Source: Patescibacteria group bacterium (GTDB lineage: Bacteria; Patescibacteriota; Patescibacteriia; UBA1558; UBA10009). Taken from it: a stretch of DNA of 64,000 bases. The notes under the pieces were generated by a model. That model was not told the origin of the DNA. It did no database searches and saw nothing but the letters and a program-made list of their open reading frames with translations. This document shows, one piece after another, positions 28,776 to 40,844 of this stretch. Numbering within the stretch: position 1 is the first letter of the stretch; each line of letters begins with the position of its first letter. The stretch spans positions 402-64,401 of the forward strand of contig JBAZSE010000005.1 in the NCBI GenBank assembly GCA_041662565.1, given 5' to 3'. The position numbers and the translations under genes were made by a program.

Positions 28776-29822
28776 ATGGAAGATAAGTTAAAAAAACTTA
28801 AAAATCAGGCCTTGGCAGAAATCAAAAAACTCGGTCTTAATAAAGTTGAAGGGTCCAAAATTTTGGCCGAGCTGAAAAAATTAGAAACCAAATATTTGGG
28901 CCGAAAAGGCGAATTAACCTTTATGTTAAGGGGGGTTAAGGATTTGGCTTTGCAAGAAAAACCCAAACTGGGTCAATTGGCCAATGAAATCAAACTGGAA
29001 CTGGAAAAAGTTATCAAAGAGGTGGAGCAAGGATTAAAAAGCCAAAAAAACGATGAATCTTTAAGCCATTGGCTGGATGTTACTTTGCCCGGTGTTAAAA
29101 CAACGCTCGGGCATTTGCACCCCATTACGATAGTAACCCGACAGTTGGAAGATATTTTTATCAAAATGGGTTTTATGGTGTTGGAAGGCCCGGAATTGGA
29201 ATCGGAGTATTATAATTTTGAAACTCTTAATATTCCGGCCACTCATCCGGCGCGCGATATTCAGGATACTTTTTACATTAAAGATAATCCGGGCTGGCTT
29301 TTGCGCACGCAAACTTCCAACCAGCAAGTTAGGGCAATGGAAAAATATGGTGCACCTTTGCGCGCTATTTTTCCCGGCCGGGTTTTTAGATGCGAAGCCA
29401 CCGATGTTAGGCATGATCATACTTTTTATCAGTTGGAAGGTTTAATGATCGGCAAGGATATTTCCATTGCCCATTTGATTACTTCCATGAAAATCATGTT
29501 AAAGGGCATTTTTAAAAAAGAAGTAAAAGTCCGCTTGCGCCCCGGTTATTTTCCTTTTGTCGAACCGGGCTTTGAAGTGGATGTTAGTTGTTTGTTATGC
29601 GATGGCGAGGGTTGCGGCGTTTGTAAAAAAACCGGCTGGGTGGAAATGATCGGCGCAGGCCTAGTTCATCCGCGTGTTTTGGAAGCCGGCGGATTAGACC
29701 CCAAAATTTGGTCGGGCTTTGCTTTTGGCATGGGCATAAACAGGTTGGTGATGATGAAATACGGCATAGACGATATTAGATTGTTTATGTCCGGCGATTT
29801 AAGATTTTTAGAACAATTTTAA
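28776..29822 (+). CDS. pheS: Phenylalanyl-tRNA synthetase alpha subunit
   Basis: Class II motifs (FRCEATDVRHDHTFYQLEG; GFAFGMGINRL). Confidence 0.9.
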   Translation: MEDKLKKLKNQALAEIKKLGLNKVEGSKILAELKKLETKYLGRKGELTFMLRGVKDLALQEKPKLGQLANEIKLELEKVIKEVEQGLKSQKNDESLSHWLDVTLPGVKTTLGHLHPITIVTRQLEDIFIKMGFMVLEGPELESEYYNFETLNIPATHPARDIQDTFYIKDNPGWLLRTQTSNQQVRAMEKYGAPLRAIFPGRVFRCEATDVRHDHTFYQLEGLMIGKDISIAHLITSMKIMLKGIFKKEVKVRLRPGYFPFVEPGFEVDVSCLLCDGEGCGVCKKTGWVEMIGAGLVHPRVLEAGGLDPKIWSGFAFGMGINRLVMMKYGIDDIRLFMSGDLRFLEQF

Positions 29823-29832
29823 CTGCTGAAAA

Positions 29833-32265
29833 ATGAAAATTTCCTTAAATTGGTTAAAAGAATACATTGATTTGCCCAAAGGCGTGGCTCCCGAGGACAT
29901 TGCTTTAAAGTTGACCATGGCCACGGTGGAAGTGGAAGAAATTATTGATCAGCAGCGTGATTACGCCAATATGGTGGTAGGCGAGATCGTGGATATCATT
30001 GATCATCCCCAAGCCGATCGCCTTAAGGTTTGCAAAGTTAAGGCAGGTAAAAATTCTTACCAAATTGTTTGCGGCGGCAATAATATTTATAAGGGCTTAA
30101 AAGGAATTTTGGCTTTGCCTGGAGCGCGTGTTAAATGGCACGGCCAAGGTGCTCCGGTTATTTTGGAAAAAACCGCAATCAGAGGAATTGAAAGCGAAGG
30201 CATGCTGTGCGCCGCCGAAGAAGTTGGTTTGCCTGCCGATACTCATCCAAGTGGCGGAGTGGTGGATTTGCCAGGCGCCAAAGCCGGTCAAAGCGCTGCC
30301 GAGGCCTTGGGATTAAATGATGTTATTTTTGAAGTTGATAACAAATCCGTTACCAACCGGCCTGATTTATGGGGACACTATGGCGTAGCGCGGGAAATTG
30401 CCGCTTTGTATAATTTAAAGTTAAAAGATTTAAAAATAGATAAGATTAAAGAGGGTAGCGCAGCAGATTTAAAAATCGAAATTAACGATGCCGAAAATTG
30501 CAGTCGCTATATGGGCGCTATTGTTGGTGGGATAAAAATCGCTCCTTCGCCCGCTTGGATGCAATTGGTTTTAGGCGCAGTTGGGGTGAGGCCGATTAAT
30601 AACATTGTTGATATTACCAATTTTGTCATGTTGGAATTGGGCCGTCCTTCCCATGCTTTTGATAGGCGCGAGATAGCCAATGATACCATTATTGTTCGGC
30701 GCGCTCAGGCAGGTGAAAAATTTAAAACTTTGGACGGGCAAGAAAGGCAGTTAACAAGCCAAATGTGTTTGGTTTGCGATGCAACTCGCCCGGTTGATTT
30801 GGCCGGCATTATGGGCGGAGAAAATTCGGAAATAAAAACCGATACCGCCGAAGTTATTTTTGAACTGGCTAATTTTAATCCGGTTAATATCCGTAAAACC
30901 GCCCAGGCCTTAAATTTAAGAACAGAAGCGGCCGCTCGTTTTGAAAAAGGGCTGGATCCGGATTTGGCAGAACTTGGATTAAAGCGGATTCTTACTTTGG
31001 TTCATCAACTTTTGCCCGAAGCAACTGTTATCAGTAAGATTGTTGATGTTAATTTGGTAAAGGCGGAAGAGCGTTTAATCGAGCTTAATCTGGATTTTTT
31101 ACATAAGCGCATTGGCCAAGAAATTCCCAAAAAAGAAGTGATAGGAATTTTGGAACGCTTGTCTTTTGCCGTTAAAGATAAAGGCGAAACATTGTTGGTT
31201 ACTCCGCCGTCATTTCGGGTGGTTAAGGATATTAGCTGCCCCGAAGATCTGGTAGAAGAAGTAGCCAGGATTTACGGTTACGGCAATATTGTGCCGCAAT
31301 TGCCCATAGTGGATATGACGCCGCCGGAAGAAAATCTTAATTTTTTGGTGAACCGGAAAGTTAGGGATATTTTATCGGGCACTCTTGGCCAAACCGAAGT
31401 TTATAATTATTCTTTTGCCCCGCTTAAAAGCCAGCAGTTACTGGGTTTTAAAGCGGATGAACATTTGGAAGTGGCCAATTATTTATCCGATGATTCGCGC
31501 TATTTAAAAGTTTCTTTATTTGAAAATTTGATCAGGAATTTGGAAAGCAATTTGCGTTTTTGCGAAAATGTGCGGATTTTTGAGCTTGCTCGGGCGTATC
31601 TTAAAACCGAAGGCAGTTTTAGCGTTGATGCCGGCCAAAAGTTGTTTTTAGCCAAGCAAGATAGAATGCTGGCAGGTATATATTTTGAGGCCAAAAGTTC
31701 CAATTCTTTTTTAAAGACCAAGGGTTTGCTGGAAATTATGTTATCTCGTTTGGAAATAGATTATCACTATGCCGAAACATCTTCCGCCAAAAGTATTCCG
31801 GCTTTTATAGCCAAAGAAAGCTATTTGGCTATTAAAACCGGTGATGTTACTTTGGGCTGGATAGGGGAGTTAAATACCGAATTAGCCCAAAGTTTGGGTG
31901 CTAAAAACAGTGTTGGCGTTTGGCAATTATCTTTTGAATTATTGGTTAAGTTTTTTCAGGATAAGAAAAAGTATCAAACTTTGTCCAAATATCCCAGTAT
32001 GGTTTACGATTTTTCCATCATTGTTGATAAAGAGGTCGCCTGGGCGCAAATAAAGCAAGAAGTTATAGAGTCAAACAATTTGGTTAAAAGAGTGGAATTA
32101 TTTGATGTGTTTAATTTGGAAAAATTGGGGCCCGACAGTCGGTCGTTGGCTTTTCATGTCACATTGCTGGATGAAAATAAAACTTTAACTTCGGCCGAGG
32201 GGGATGAAATAAAAAATAAAATCATTAATTTGTTAAAAACTAAGTTTAAGGCGGAGGTCAGATAA
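29833..32265 (+). CDS. pheT: Phenylalanyl-tRNA synthetase beta subunit
   Basis: MKISLNWLKEYIDL N-terminus, B3/4 and B5 domains and an FDX-ACB C-terminus; 810 aa. Confidence 0.9.
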   Translation: MKISLNWLKEYIDLPKGVAPEDIALKLTMATVEVEEIIDQQRDYANMVVGEIVDIIDHPQADRLKVCKVKAGKNSYQIVCGGNNIYKGLKGILALPGARVKWHGQGAPVILEKTAIRGIESEGMLCAAEEVGLPADTHPSGGVVDLPGAKAGQSAAEALGLNDVIFEVDNKSVTNRPDLWGHYGVAREIAALYNLKLKDLKIDKIKEGSAADLKIEINDAENCSRYMGAIVGGIKIAPSPAWMQLVLGAVGVRPINNIVDITNFVMLELGRPSHAFDRREIANDTIIVRRAQAGEKFKTLDGQERQLTSQMCLVCDATRPVDLAGIMGGENSEIKTDTAEVIFELANFNPVNIRKTAQALNLRTEAAARFEKGLDPDLAELGLKRILTLVHQLLPEATVISKIVDVNLVKAEERLIELNLDFLHKRIGQEIPKKEVIGILERLSFAVKDKGETLLVTPPSFRVVKDISCPEDLVEEVARIYGYGNIVPQLPIVDMTPPEENLNFLVNRKVRDILSGTLGQTEVYNYSFAPLKSQQLLGFKADEHLEVANYLSDDSRYLKVSLFENLIRNLESNLRFCENVRIFELARAYLKTEGSFSVDAGQKLFLAKQDRMLAGIYFEAKSSNSFLKTKGLLEIMLSRLEIDYHYAETSSAKSIPAFIAKESYLAIKTGDVTLGWIGELNTELAQSLGAKNSVGVWQLSFELLVKFFQDKKKYQTLSKYPSMVYDFSIIVDKEVAWAQIKQEVIESNNLVKRVELFDVFNLEKLGPDSRSLAFHVTLLDENKTLTSAEGDEIKNKIINLLKTKFKAEVR

Positions 32266-32317
32266 CCGCGCCATTATCCCTAAAAAGAGCTACGATCTCT
32301 TTGGGGCAAGAAAAAAT

Positions 32318-32722
32318 ATGAAAACCATAAAAAAATTCAATATTTTATCTGTTGCAAAAGTTGCCGGTATTTTAAACGGCGGGTTATATTTTGTTATCGG
32401 ATTGGTGGTTAATTTTGGCGTTTTGGTTATTGGTATCCCTGCCTTAAATTCCGTTGATTTGCTGGGCTTTGGCTCCGGCATTTTGGCTGTGTTGTTGCTT
32501 TCTTTGTTAATCGGAGCCGTTAGTTCCTTAATCGGAGCGATGATGGCTTGGTTATATAACATTTCAGCCAATTTGGTCGGCGGGATTATGTGGGAAGAAG
32601 AGGAAGTTAAAAAGCCCTTTCCGGCCTTTGATTTACCTGCCAAGCATTCGCCCGAGCATTTGGCAACTAATCCACAACCCCAAAACGAAGCCAATAATAT
32701 TATTGATCATTTTGATCAATAA
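32318..32722 (+). CDS. Hypothetical small membrane protein
   Basis: The plus-strand ORF has a TM-rich profile; the overlapping minus-strand ORF has junk composition. Confidence 0.4.
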   Translation: MKTIKKFNILSVAKVAGILNGGLYFVIGLVVNFGVLVIGIPALNSVDLLGFGSGILAVLLLSLLIGAVSSLIGAMMAWLYNISANLVGGIMWEEEEVKKPFPAFDLPAKHSPEHLATNPQPQNEANNIIDHFDQ

Positions 32723-32743
32723 GTAAGGCCTTTTCGCAGATAA

Positions 32744-34844
<2,101 letters not shown>

Positions 34845-34846
<2 letters not shown>

Positions 34847-34968
34847 AAATTCTTAGATTTTTGGTTGCGACATCGTCAGATTTCATAAAAATATTTTCAC
34901 CGTAACTTATTACGCCTCAAATATTTTTATTCATCTTCCTCGTCTCACCTAAAAATTTAAGAATTTCT
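34845..34968. repeat. AT-rich TIR-flanked ~125-bp element downstream of gyrB
   Basis: 18-bp TIRs AGAAATTCTTAGATTTTT / AAAAATTTAAGAATTTCT. The inner CTTCCTCGTCTCACC resembles the family A core. Confidence 0.55.
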
Positions 34969-35000
34969 ATAAAATCGCAAATATAAAAATTATTAAAAAT

Positions 35001-35918
35001 ATGCCAATCCAAACTACCAAGCATAAAAATGTTACTTGGGTAAATATTGAAGAACCCAATGATGAAGATATAAATTATTTAGCCAAAAATTTTCATTTTC
35101 ATCTTTTGGATTTGGAGGATTTGGGCCACGAGGCCCAGAGGAGCAAGCTGGATATTTATCCCGATTACGCTTTTATTATTTTGCGTTTTCCCGTAACTTA
35201 TAAGGATACAAATTTAATCGGATCGCATGAGCTGGGTATTTTTTTGGGCAAAGATTATTTAATAACTATTCAAAAAAAGAAGATTACTTCTTTGCAGGAT
35301 TATTATAAAAAAGTTTTGGCCGATCCAAAACTTATGGAAGAGGTTTTTGGTGGCCGTCCTGCCCTGCTTTTGTATAATGTTTTGGATGAAATGTATCATG
35401 CCACCTTATCTTTAACCGATTGGCTTTTAGCAGAAATTAACCAGGTTGAAAAAGAAGTTTACGATGAAGAAACTAAAACCGTGGTTAAAACGCTCGCTTT
35501 GCTTAGGCGCAATGTTTTGACCTTTAAAAGCATCATGGAACCCCAGCGTTTGGTTATCAGGACTTTGGTAAATTTACAAAAAGATTATTTAAGCAAGGAA
35601 TTTGAATCATATTTTGACGATATTGCCGACTATGTAGAAAGAATCAATAATTTGTTGGAAAACAGCAAAGAACTGGTAGATGGCTTGCATGCCACCAACG
35701 AATCCTTAACTTCTTACCGTTTAAACAGAGTTATGAGGATTTTAACCATTTTTTCTGTTTCCTTGCTGCCCTTAACTTTGCTAACGGGCATTTGGGGTAT
35801 GAATTTGCAATCACTGCCTTTAATTCATGACGAGACATTTATTTGGTATATTTTTGGCGGTTTAGCCATTGTTATTATCAGTATTTTTATTTGGATGAAG
35901 AAAAAGAATATTATTTAG
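35001..35918 (+). CDS. corA: Magnesium/cobalt transporter CorA
   Basis: GMN motif (GIWGMNL) before the two C-terminal TM helices. Confidence 0.85.
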   Translation: MPIQTTKHKNVTWVNIEEPNDEDINYLAKNFHFHLLDLEDLGHEAQRSKLDIYPDYAFIILRFPVTYKDTNLIGSHELGIFLGKDYLITIQKKKITSLQDYYKKVLADPKLMEEVFGGRPALLLYNVLDEMYHATLSLTDWLLAEINQVEKEVYDEETKTVVKTLALLRRNVLTFKSIMEPQRLVIRTLVNLQKDYLSKEFESYFDDIADYVERINNLLENSKELVDGLHATNESLTSYRLNRVMRILTIFSVSLLPLTLLTGIWGMNLQSLPLIHDETFIWYIFGGLAIVIISIFIWMKKKNII

Positions 35919-36030
35919 CCCTTGCCAGTTTTTTAATTTAAAAATTTCAATAAACGATGTAGGGATTGGTTTTAAACCTGTCCCTACATTTTGTTTTACG
36001 AAAAATGTTGTAAAAAAACTGGCAAGGGCT
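35917..36030. repeat. AT-rich TIR-flanked ~115-bp element downstream of corA
   Basis: Perfect 17-bp TIRs GCCCTTGCCAGTTTTTT / AAAAAACTGGCAAGGGC enclosing the hairpin TGTAGGGA...TCCCTACA. Confidence 0.6.
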
Positions 36031-36077
36031 AAATATTTGTGTTAAACTGGTATAAGTAACACATAATTAAAGGAAAA

Positions 36078-36419
36078 ATGAAGGAAATATTATCTTCAAA
36101 AATACACCAGGCAATAGTGACTGAGGCTGATTTAAGCTATATTGGCAGTATTACTATTGATCAGGATTTGCTTGAAAAAGCCGATCTGTGGCCGGGGCAA
36201 AAAGTAATGGTAGTCAGTAACACTACCGGCGTGCGTTTGGAAACATACGTTATTTTGGGGGAGAGGGGCAGTGGCATCATCTGTATGAATGGCGCTTGCG
36301 CCCATTTAATAAAAAAAGGCGAAGAAATAATTATCATCGGTTTTATCTTTAGCGACCGGCCAAAGCCAGCTAAATCCATTTTGGTTGATAAGCAAAACCG
36401 TTTTATAAAGTATTTATGA
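36078..36419 (+). CDS. panD: Aspartate 1-decarboxylase (pyruvoyl-dependent)
   Basis: MKEILSSKIHQAIVTEADLSYIGSITID with the Gly-Ser self-cleavage site. Confidence 0.8.
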   Translation: MKEILSSKIHQAIVTEADLSYIGSITIDQDLLEKADLWPGQKVMVVSNTTGVRLETYVILGERGSGIICMNGACAHLIKKGEEIIIIGFIFSDRPKPAKSILVDKQNRFIKYL

Positions 36420-37249
36420 GCTTTACCCTTATTGCCATCGGTTCGGCCTTGCTGGCTTCGGTAGCCAATATTTTAGCCCGAACGCTTTTGCGCCAAGTTA
36501 AGGCGCGGGAAATTTTAGGCATAAATTTTTTAACCATGGGCGCTACCTTGGTTTTATTATCGCCGTTTTTTTATTTTTTTAAAGCCGATCTTGTTTCTTT
36601 TGCTTTAGTGGTGGCGATTGCTTTAATTGACACGGTTGCGAATTATTTTTATTTTAAAACTTTTGAAAAAACCGAGGCCAGCGTAGCTACGCCTTTGCTG
36701 TCTTTGGCGCCGGCTTTCGCGTTTTTATTCGGCTGGCTGATTATTGCAGACGTGGTTAATCGACAAACTTACGTTTTGGCCTTTGCCATTATTGCTTTAG
36801 TGGTAATTTTTTCAGCTGATTTTAAGGATTTTAAAAATTTTAAAACAAGCACTTTGATTCCGGCCTTGGTTTCCTCTATTTTATTCGGATTGTCGGCAAT
36901 TCCTTCAAAATATTTGCTTTCCGATTTGCAGGCGATTAACGCGCCAACCTTGTACATGTTTAGGGCTGGATTTATCGCTCTTTTTTCCTTATTGTTTTTT
37001 AGGTTTCCCATCAACGCTTTGTCTTTTTCACAGTTCCGCACTATTTTTATCAGAGGTCTTTTTGTGATCGGCCAGTGGATTTTGCTGTATTACGCCTTAA
37101 CCGTAGGCAGCGTCGGCGTTACCATTACTTTGGCCAACATTACCCCGATTTTCGTTTTTATTTTAGGCATAGTTTTTTTGCGCGAAAAGGTAATGGCCAA
37201 AAAAATCATTGCCGCCCTACTAATATTATTTTTGTCTTTAATTATTTAA
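36416..37249 (+). CDS. EamA/DMT family transporter
   Basis: A ten-TM profile with two repeated halves. Confidence 0.6.
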   Translation: MSFTLIAIGSALLASVANILARTLLRQVKAREILGINFLTMGATLVLLSPFFYFFKADLVSFALVVAIALIDTVANYFYFKTFEKTEASVATPLLSLAPAFAFLFGWLIIADVVNRQTYVLAFAIIALVVIFSADFKDFKNFKTSTLIPALVSSILFGLSAIPSKYLLSDLQAINAPTLYMFRAGFIALFSLLFFRFPINALSFSQFRTIFIRGLFVIGQWILLYYALTVGSVGVTITLANITPIFVFILGIVFLREKVMAKKIIAALLILFLSLII

Positions 37250-37258
37250 TAAAATTTT

Positions 37259-38305
37259 ATGGCAATCGGAAGATTAAAATCAACCAAAAAACTTAAAAAT
37301 ATTTTGTTGTTATTTTGCGGCGGCACGATTTCCATGCATAAAAACGAATCAACCGGAGCATTGGATGTGGCTCATGGCATTGACCAGTTTTTCAAACTTG
37401 AGCCAAGGATAAAAAATTTAGCCAATATCACGCCTAAGTTTATCGCCAATATAGACAGCACTAATGTTGATCGGGCGATTTGGGAAAAAATCATTATCGC
37501 CATTAAGCTTAATTACAAAAAGTATGACGGATTTGTGGTAACTTTTGGCACCAATACCATGGCCTACGCTTCGGCCGCCTTGTCTTTTGCTTTAACCAAT
37601 ATTGGCAAGCCGGTTGTTTTTACGGGCGCCCAAATTCCAGCTGAAGCCACTTTTACTGATTCCAGGAACAATCTAGTTAACGCTCTTAGGCTGGCTAACA
37701 TGAACTTGGGCGGAGTCTTTGTGGTTTTTGGCAGTAAAATTATTTTGGGCTGCCGCGCTAAAAAGGTGAGCGAATCGCGCTTGGACGCGTTTGATACTTT
37801 TAACGACAGGGATTTTGGAGAAATCGGCATTGGCATTAAAATTAATAAATCTTCCAATCAGGGACATGCCGAAGCTTTGGTTGTTAAAAACGGTTTTGAG
37901 GATAATATAGTTTGCTTAACTTTAGTGCCGGGCTTAAATGCCAGCTTTATTGTTAATTTAATTAACCAGGGAGCCAAGGGTTTGGTGTTAAGGGCTTATG
38001 GTTCCGGAGATATTCCTTATGCTTTATTGCCGGCTTTAAAATACGCCCAAAAGAAAAAAGTGCCGGTAGTGGTAACCACCCAGTGCCCGGGCGGAGCTAC
38101 GGTAATGGGCTTAAATGATGTTGGCTTAAGAGCTTTGGAATTTGGGGTAATCCAGGCTTTTGATATGTGCATGGAAGCCATGACCACTAAGCTGATGTGG
38201 CTGTTAAAGCAAAAAACGCCTTACTTTAAAATTAAGGAGTTGATGCATAAAAACATGCAGGGCGAAGTTAATACCGAAACAGCTAAGGTTTACTTGGGCA
38301 AATAA
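37259..38305 (+). CDS. L-asparaginase (type I-like)
   Basis: N-terminal CGGTISM (TGGTIAG-type) motif and the overall asparaginase fold. Confidence 0.75.
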   Translation: MAIGRLKSTKKLKNILLLFCGGTISMHKNESTGALDVAHGIDQFFKLEPRIKNLANITPKFIANIDSTNVDRAIWEKIIIAIKLNYKKYDGFVVTFGTNTMAYASAALSFALTNIGKPVVFTGAQIPAEATFTDSRNNLVNALRLANMNLGGVFVVFGSKIILGCRAKKVSESRLDAFDTFNDRDFGEIGIGIKINKSSNQGHAEALVVKNGFEDNIVCLTLVPGLNASFIVNLINQGAKGLVLRAYGSGDIPYALLPALKYAQKKKVPVVVTTQCPGGATVMGLNDVGLRALEFGVIQAFDMCMEAMTTKLMWLLKQKTPYFKIKELMHKNMQGEVNTETAKVYLGK

Positions 38306-38317
38306 TTAAAATCAAAA

Positions 38318-38346
38318 ACAGCCTGGTTTAAACCCGGCTGTTTTTT
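38318..38346. terminator. Bidirectional intrinsic terminator between convergent genes
   Basis: ACAGCC...GGCTGT hairpin flanked by A-run and T-run. Confidence 0.65.
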
Positions 38347-38352
38347 GTTTAA

Positions 38353-39009
38353 TTATGGATTTGATTTTTTAATTTTCCTGAAAATAATATAGGAATAAAG
38401 AGTGGTTCCCAAAATCAGCAGAACAAGTAAAGTTATCATCCCAACAAAAATTACTTTTGGAGGCAACAAGGGGGAGAGCAGCATAAACAGCCCAAGCAGC
38501 ATAAACAATTTTCCGCCCAAGCGGTGAGTTTTGTTCCAAACCTCATCATTGGATAAAGTCCAGGGAGTTCTAATGCCCATAAACCAGTTGGGTTTTATTT
38601 TTCCCATGTAGTTGCCCATAATAACAAAGAGCAGGCCAATGATAATTGGAATCCAAAGTTCAACTCTCACTGGATAGCCAAGGCCGGAGAGCGAGGCGAT
38701 AATGTAAACTCCCAGCATGACCAGCATTAAAATCAGACGCATCATCCTAAAAATTTTGGTAAACTGTTCGTATTTTTCCTTTTTAGGGTCAATCAGCGGA
38801 ATGATTAAAAACAACAAATACATGCCCACAACCATGGCCGGCCCGATAATAGCGCCGGCAAAACGAGAGCCATAACTATCCACCTCTCCGTACATATTCC
38901 AGTGCATCGGGACTGTTTCGGGAAAGTTGGCATAAAAATAAAAGCCCAAGGCAATAGAAATAATTGCCAAGAGCAAAGGAACAATTTCGCTTTTAAATGT
39001 ATATTTCAT
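38353..39009 (-). CDS. SdpI/YhfL-family membrane protein (DUF1648 + SdpI immunity-protein-like)
   Basis: Six TM helices and the motif MGIRTPWTLSNDEVWNKTH typical of SdpI. It lies immediately downstream of an ArsR-family gene. Confidence 0.6.
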   Translation of the reverse strand: MKYTFKSEIVPLLLAIISIALGFYFYANFPETVPMHWNMYGEVDSYGSRFAGAIIGPAMVVGMYLLFLIIPLIDPKKEKYEQFTKIFRMMRLILMLVMLGVYIIASLSGLGYPVRVELWIPIIIGLLFVIMGNYMGKIKPNWFMGIRTPWTLSNDEVWNKTHRLGGKLFMLLGLFMLLSPLLPPKVIFVGMITLLVLLILGTTLYSYIIFRKIKKSNP

Positions 39010-39020
39010 ATTTTTTTAAA

Positions 39021-39284
39021 TTATCTTTTAAAAATTTTAAAATAACTTTCCATTAATTCTTCCATAACGCTTAGATTAATGGAATAAATAATTTGCTGGC
39101 CGGCTCGCTCCTGCGAAATCAAATCGGCTTCTTTAAGAATGTTAAAGTGGTGAGTTAAGGAGGGGAGGGTAATGCTAAAATTTTCGGCAATTTCTCCGGC
39201 ACTTTGCGAGTGTATTTTAAGCAGTTCCAAAATTTTTCTTCTGGTTGGGTCCGAGAGGGCTTTGAAAGTTTTATTGAGTGTCAT
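39021..39284 (-). CDS. ArsR/SmtB-family HTH transcriptional regulator (SdpR-like)
   Basis: LSDPTRRKILELL...AGEIAENFSITLPSLTHHFNILKEADLI. Confidence 0.8.
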   Translation of the reverse strand: MTLNKTFKALSDPTRRKILELLKIHSQSAGEIAENFSITLPSLTHHFNILKEADLISQERAGQQIIYSINLSVMEELMESYFKIFKR

Positions 39285-39289
39285 AAGTT

Positions 39290-39345
39290 AGATATTTAGC
39301 CAACTATCTAAATATATCATATCTAAATTTTTTTACAAGTGGATA
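39290..39345. promoter_or_regulatory. Operator-like direct/inverted repeats (ATCTAAAT / TTAGATAT) upstream of the ArsR gene
   Basis: TTAGATATTTAG...CTATCTAAATATATCATATCTAAAT: repeated half-sites in the divergent promoter region. Confidence 0.4.
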
Positions 39346-39431
39346 AGTTTTTATATATTGGTGCCTGCACCGTAGACCCGCAAAAGCGCGAAGCGCTGAG
39401 CGGGTTCTACGGTGTGGATAACTTTAAACTA

Positions 39432-39460
39432 TTGCCAATCAGCCAAGCATATGCTATATT
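39432..39460 (+). promoter_or_regulatory. Candidate promoter for secE-nusG-rplKA (TTGCCA-N17-TATATT)
   Basis: Good -35/-10 spacing. It is preceded by a GC hairpin plus a TGTGGATAA motif that is also found upstream of the AsnRS-like gene. Confidence 0.4.
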
Positions 39461-39521
39461 GTTAGTAATAGCCCCAAAGGGGCTTTTAAAAAACTTTAAA
39501 TTTGGCTAATATTAAACAAAT

Positions 39522-39713
39522 ATGAGCAACAAAATTGTTGAATATATTAAGCAATCCAGGGCAGAACTTAAAAAGGTTGTTTGGCCGACCAAAAAGCAGA
39601 CCCGTAACCATACTTTAATGGTTATTGGAGTTTCTTTGGGTCTGGCGATTTTTTTAGGCGCTGTTGACTTTGGTTTAAATAAGCTCTTGGAACTTTTTGT
39701 TTATAAAGTTTAA
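39522..39713 (+). CDS. secE: Preprotein translocase subunit SecE
   Basis: A single-TM 63-aa protein immediately upstream of nusG. Confidence 0.8.
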   Translation: MSNKIVEYIKQSRAELKKVVWPTKKQTRNHTLMVIGVSLGLAIFLGAVDFGLNKLLELFVYKV

Positions 39714-39741
39714 TTTCAGAATTCATTCATAATTCATTTAT

Positions 39742-40287
39742 ATGCCTAAGCAAACATTACAACAGGGAAGAAGATGGTACGTTTTGCATACTTATTCCGG
39801 CTACGAGGAAAACGTAACCCGAAACCTAAAACAGCGTATTGAATCCATGGATATGGAAGATAAGATTTTTGATGTTTTAGTTCCGACCGAAACCAAAATT
39901 AAAATCCGTAACAGTAAAAGAACCACTACCAGGGAAAAAATTTTTCCCGGCTATGTTTTGGTTAACATGATTGTGACCGATGATTCGTGGTACGTGGTGC
40001 GTAATACGCCCAACGTGACGGGTTTTGTGGGTTCGGGTACTACCCCGACTCCGGTTTCGGAAGAAGAAATCAAGGAATTGCAAAGAAGAATGGGCGTGGA
40101 AGAACCAACTTACAAAGTAGATGTAGCCGTGGGTACTTCTGTTAAAATTTCCGATGGTCCTTTTAAGGATTTTGAAGGCAAGATTTCCGAAATTGACGAA
40201 GCCAAGGGCAAGGTTAAAGTTCTTATTTCCTTGTTTGGCCGTGAAACCCCGGTAGAATTGGATTCTTTACAGATTAAAAAAATATAA
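39742..40287 (+). CDS. nusG: Transcription termination/antitermination factor NusG
   Basis: NGN domain (WYVLHTYSGYE) and a KOW C-terminus. Confidence 0.9.
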   Translation: MPKQTLQQGRRWYVLHTYSGYEENVTRNLKQRIESMDMEDKIFDVLVPTETKIKIRNSKRTTTREKIFPGYVLVNMIVTDDSWYVVRNTPNVTGFVGSGTTPTPVSEEEIKELQRRMGVEEPTYKVDVAVGTSVKISDGPFKDFEGKISEIDEAKGKVKVLISLFGRETPVELDSLQIKKI

Positions 40288-40346
40288 ATCGTTAATCCGA
40301 ATGTTAGCTTCTAAACGTTCGGAACTAATTTGAATTAAAATATTAT

Positions 40347-40772
40347 ATGGCTAAAAAAATAAAGACAATCATCAAATTGCAGATTAAAGCCGCTGCCGCT
40401 AATCCAGCGCCTCCAGTAGGACCAGCTTTGGGTCAGCATGGTTTGAATATTCAGGAATTTTGTATGAAATTCAACGAGGCCACTAAGGCCAATGCCGGCG
40501 AAGTGACTCCGGTAGAAATTACCGTTTACGAAGACAGGACTTATACTTTTGTGCTTAAAACCTCACCGGCCGCCGAGCTGATTAAAAAAGCCGCTGGCAT
40601 CCAAAAAGGTTCCGGTAAACCCTTAACCGAAAAAGTGGGCAAGGTTACTCGCTCCCAGGTTAAAGAAATCGCCTTAAAAAAAATGTCTGACCTTAATTCC
40701 AACACTATTGAAGGCGCTATGAGGATTATTGAGGGTACGGCCAGGCAAATGGGCGTGGAAGTTGTTGATTAA
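40347..40772 (+). CDS. rplK: 50S ribosomal protein L11
   Basis: [31 protein letters not shown]. Confidence 0.95.
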   Translation: MAKKIKTIIKLQIKAAAANPAPPVGPALGQHGLNIQEFCMKFNEATKANAGEVTPVEITVYEDRTYTFVLKTSPAAELIKKAAGIQKGSGKPLTEKVGKVTRSQVKEIALKKMSDLNSNTIEGAMRIIEGTARQMGVEVVD

Positions 40773-40844
40773 TATTTAATAAATTCATTAATTGAGGGAG
40801 CGTGCAACAACATGCGCCATTACCTCATCAAGAAAGAAAAAATA

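Noticed and set aside
32290-32694. Minus-strand 134-aa ORF overlapping the plus-strand small membrane protein gene
   Set aside because: The minus-strand translation is Pro/Lys/Thr-rich low complexity, whereas the plus-strand frame gives a coherent multi-TM protein, so the plus strand is preferred.
40812-40844. Upstream ATG extending rplA by 11 codons (MRHYLIKKEKI)
   Set aside because: L1 proteins begin near MSHVSKRLKE. The extension overlaps the rplK-rplA spacer and lacks conservation, so the downstream start was chosen.
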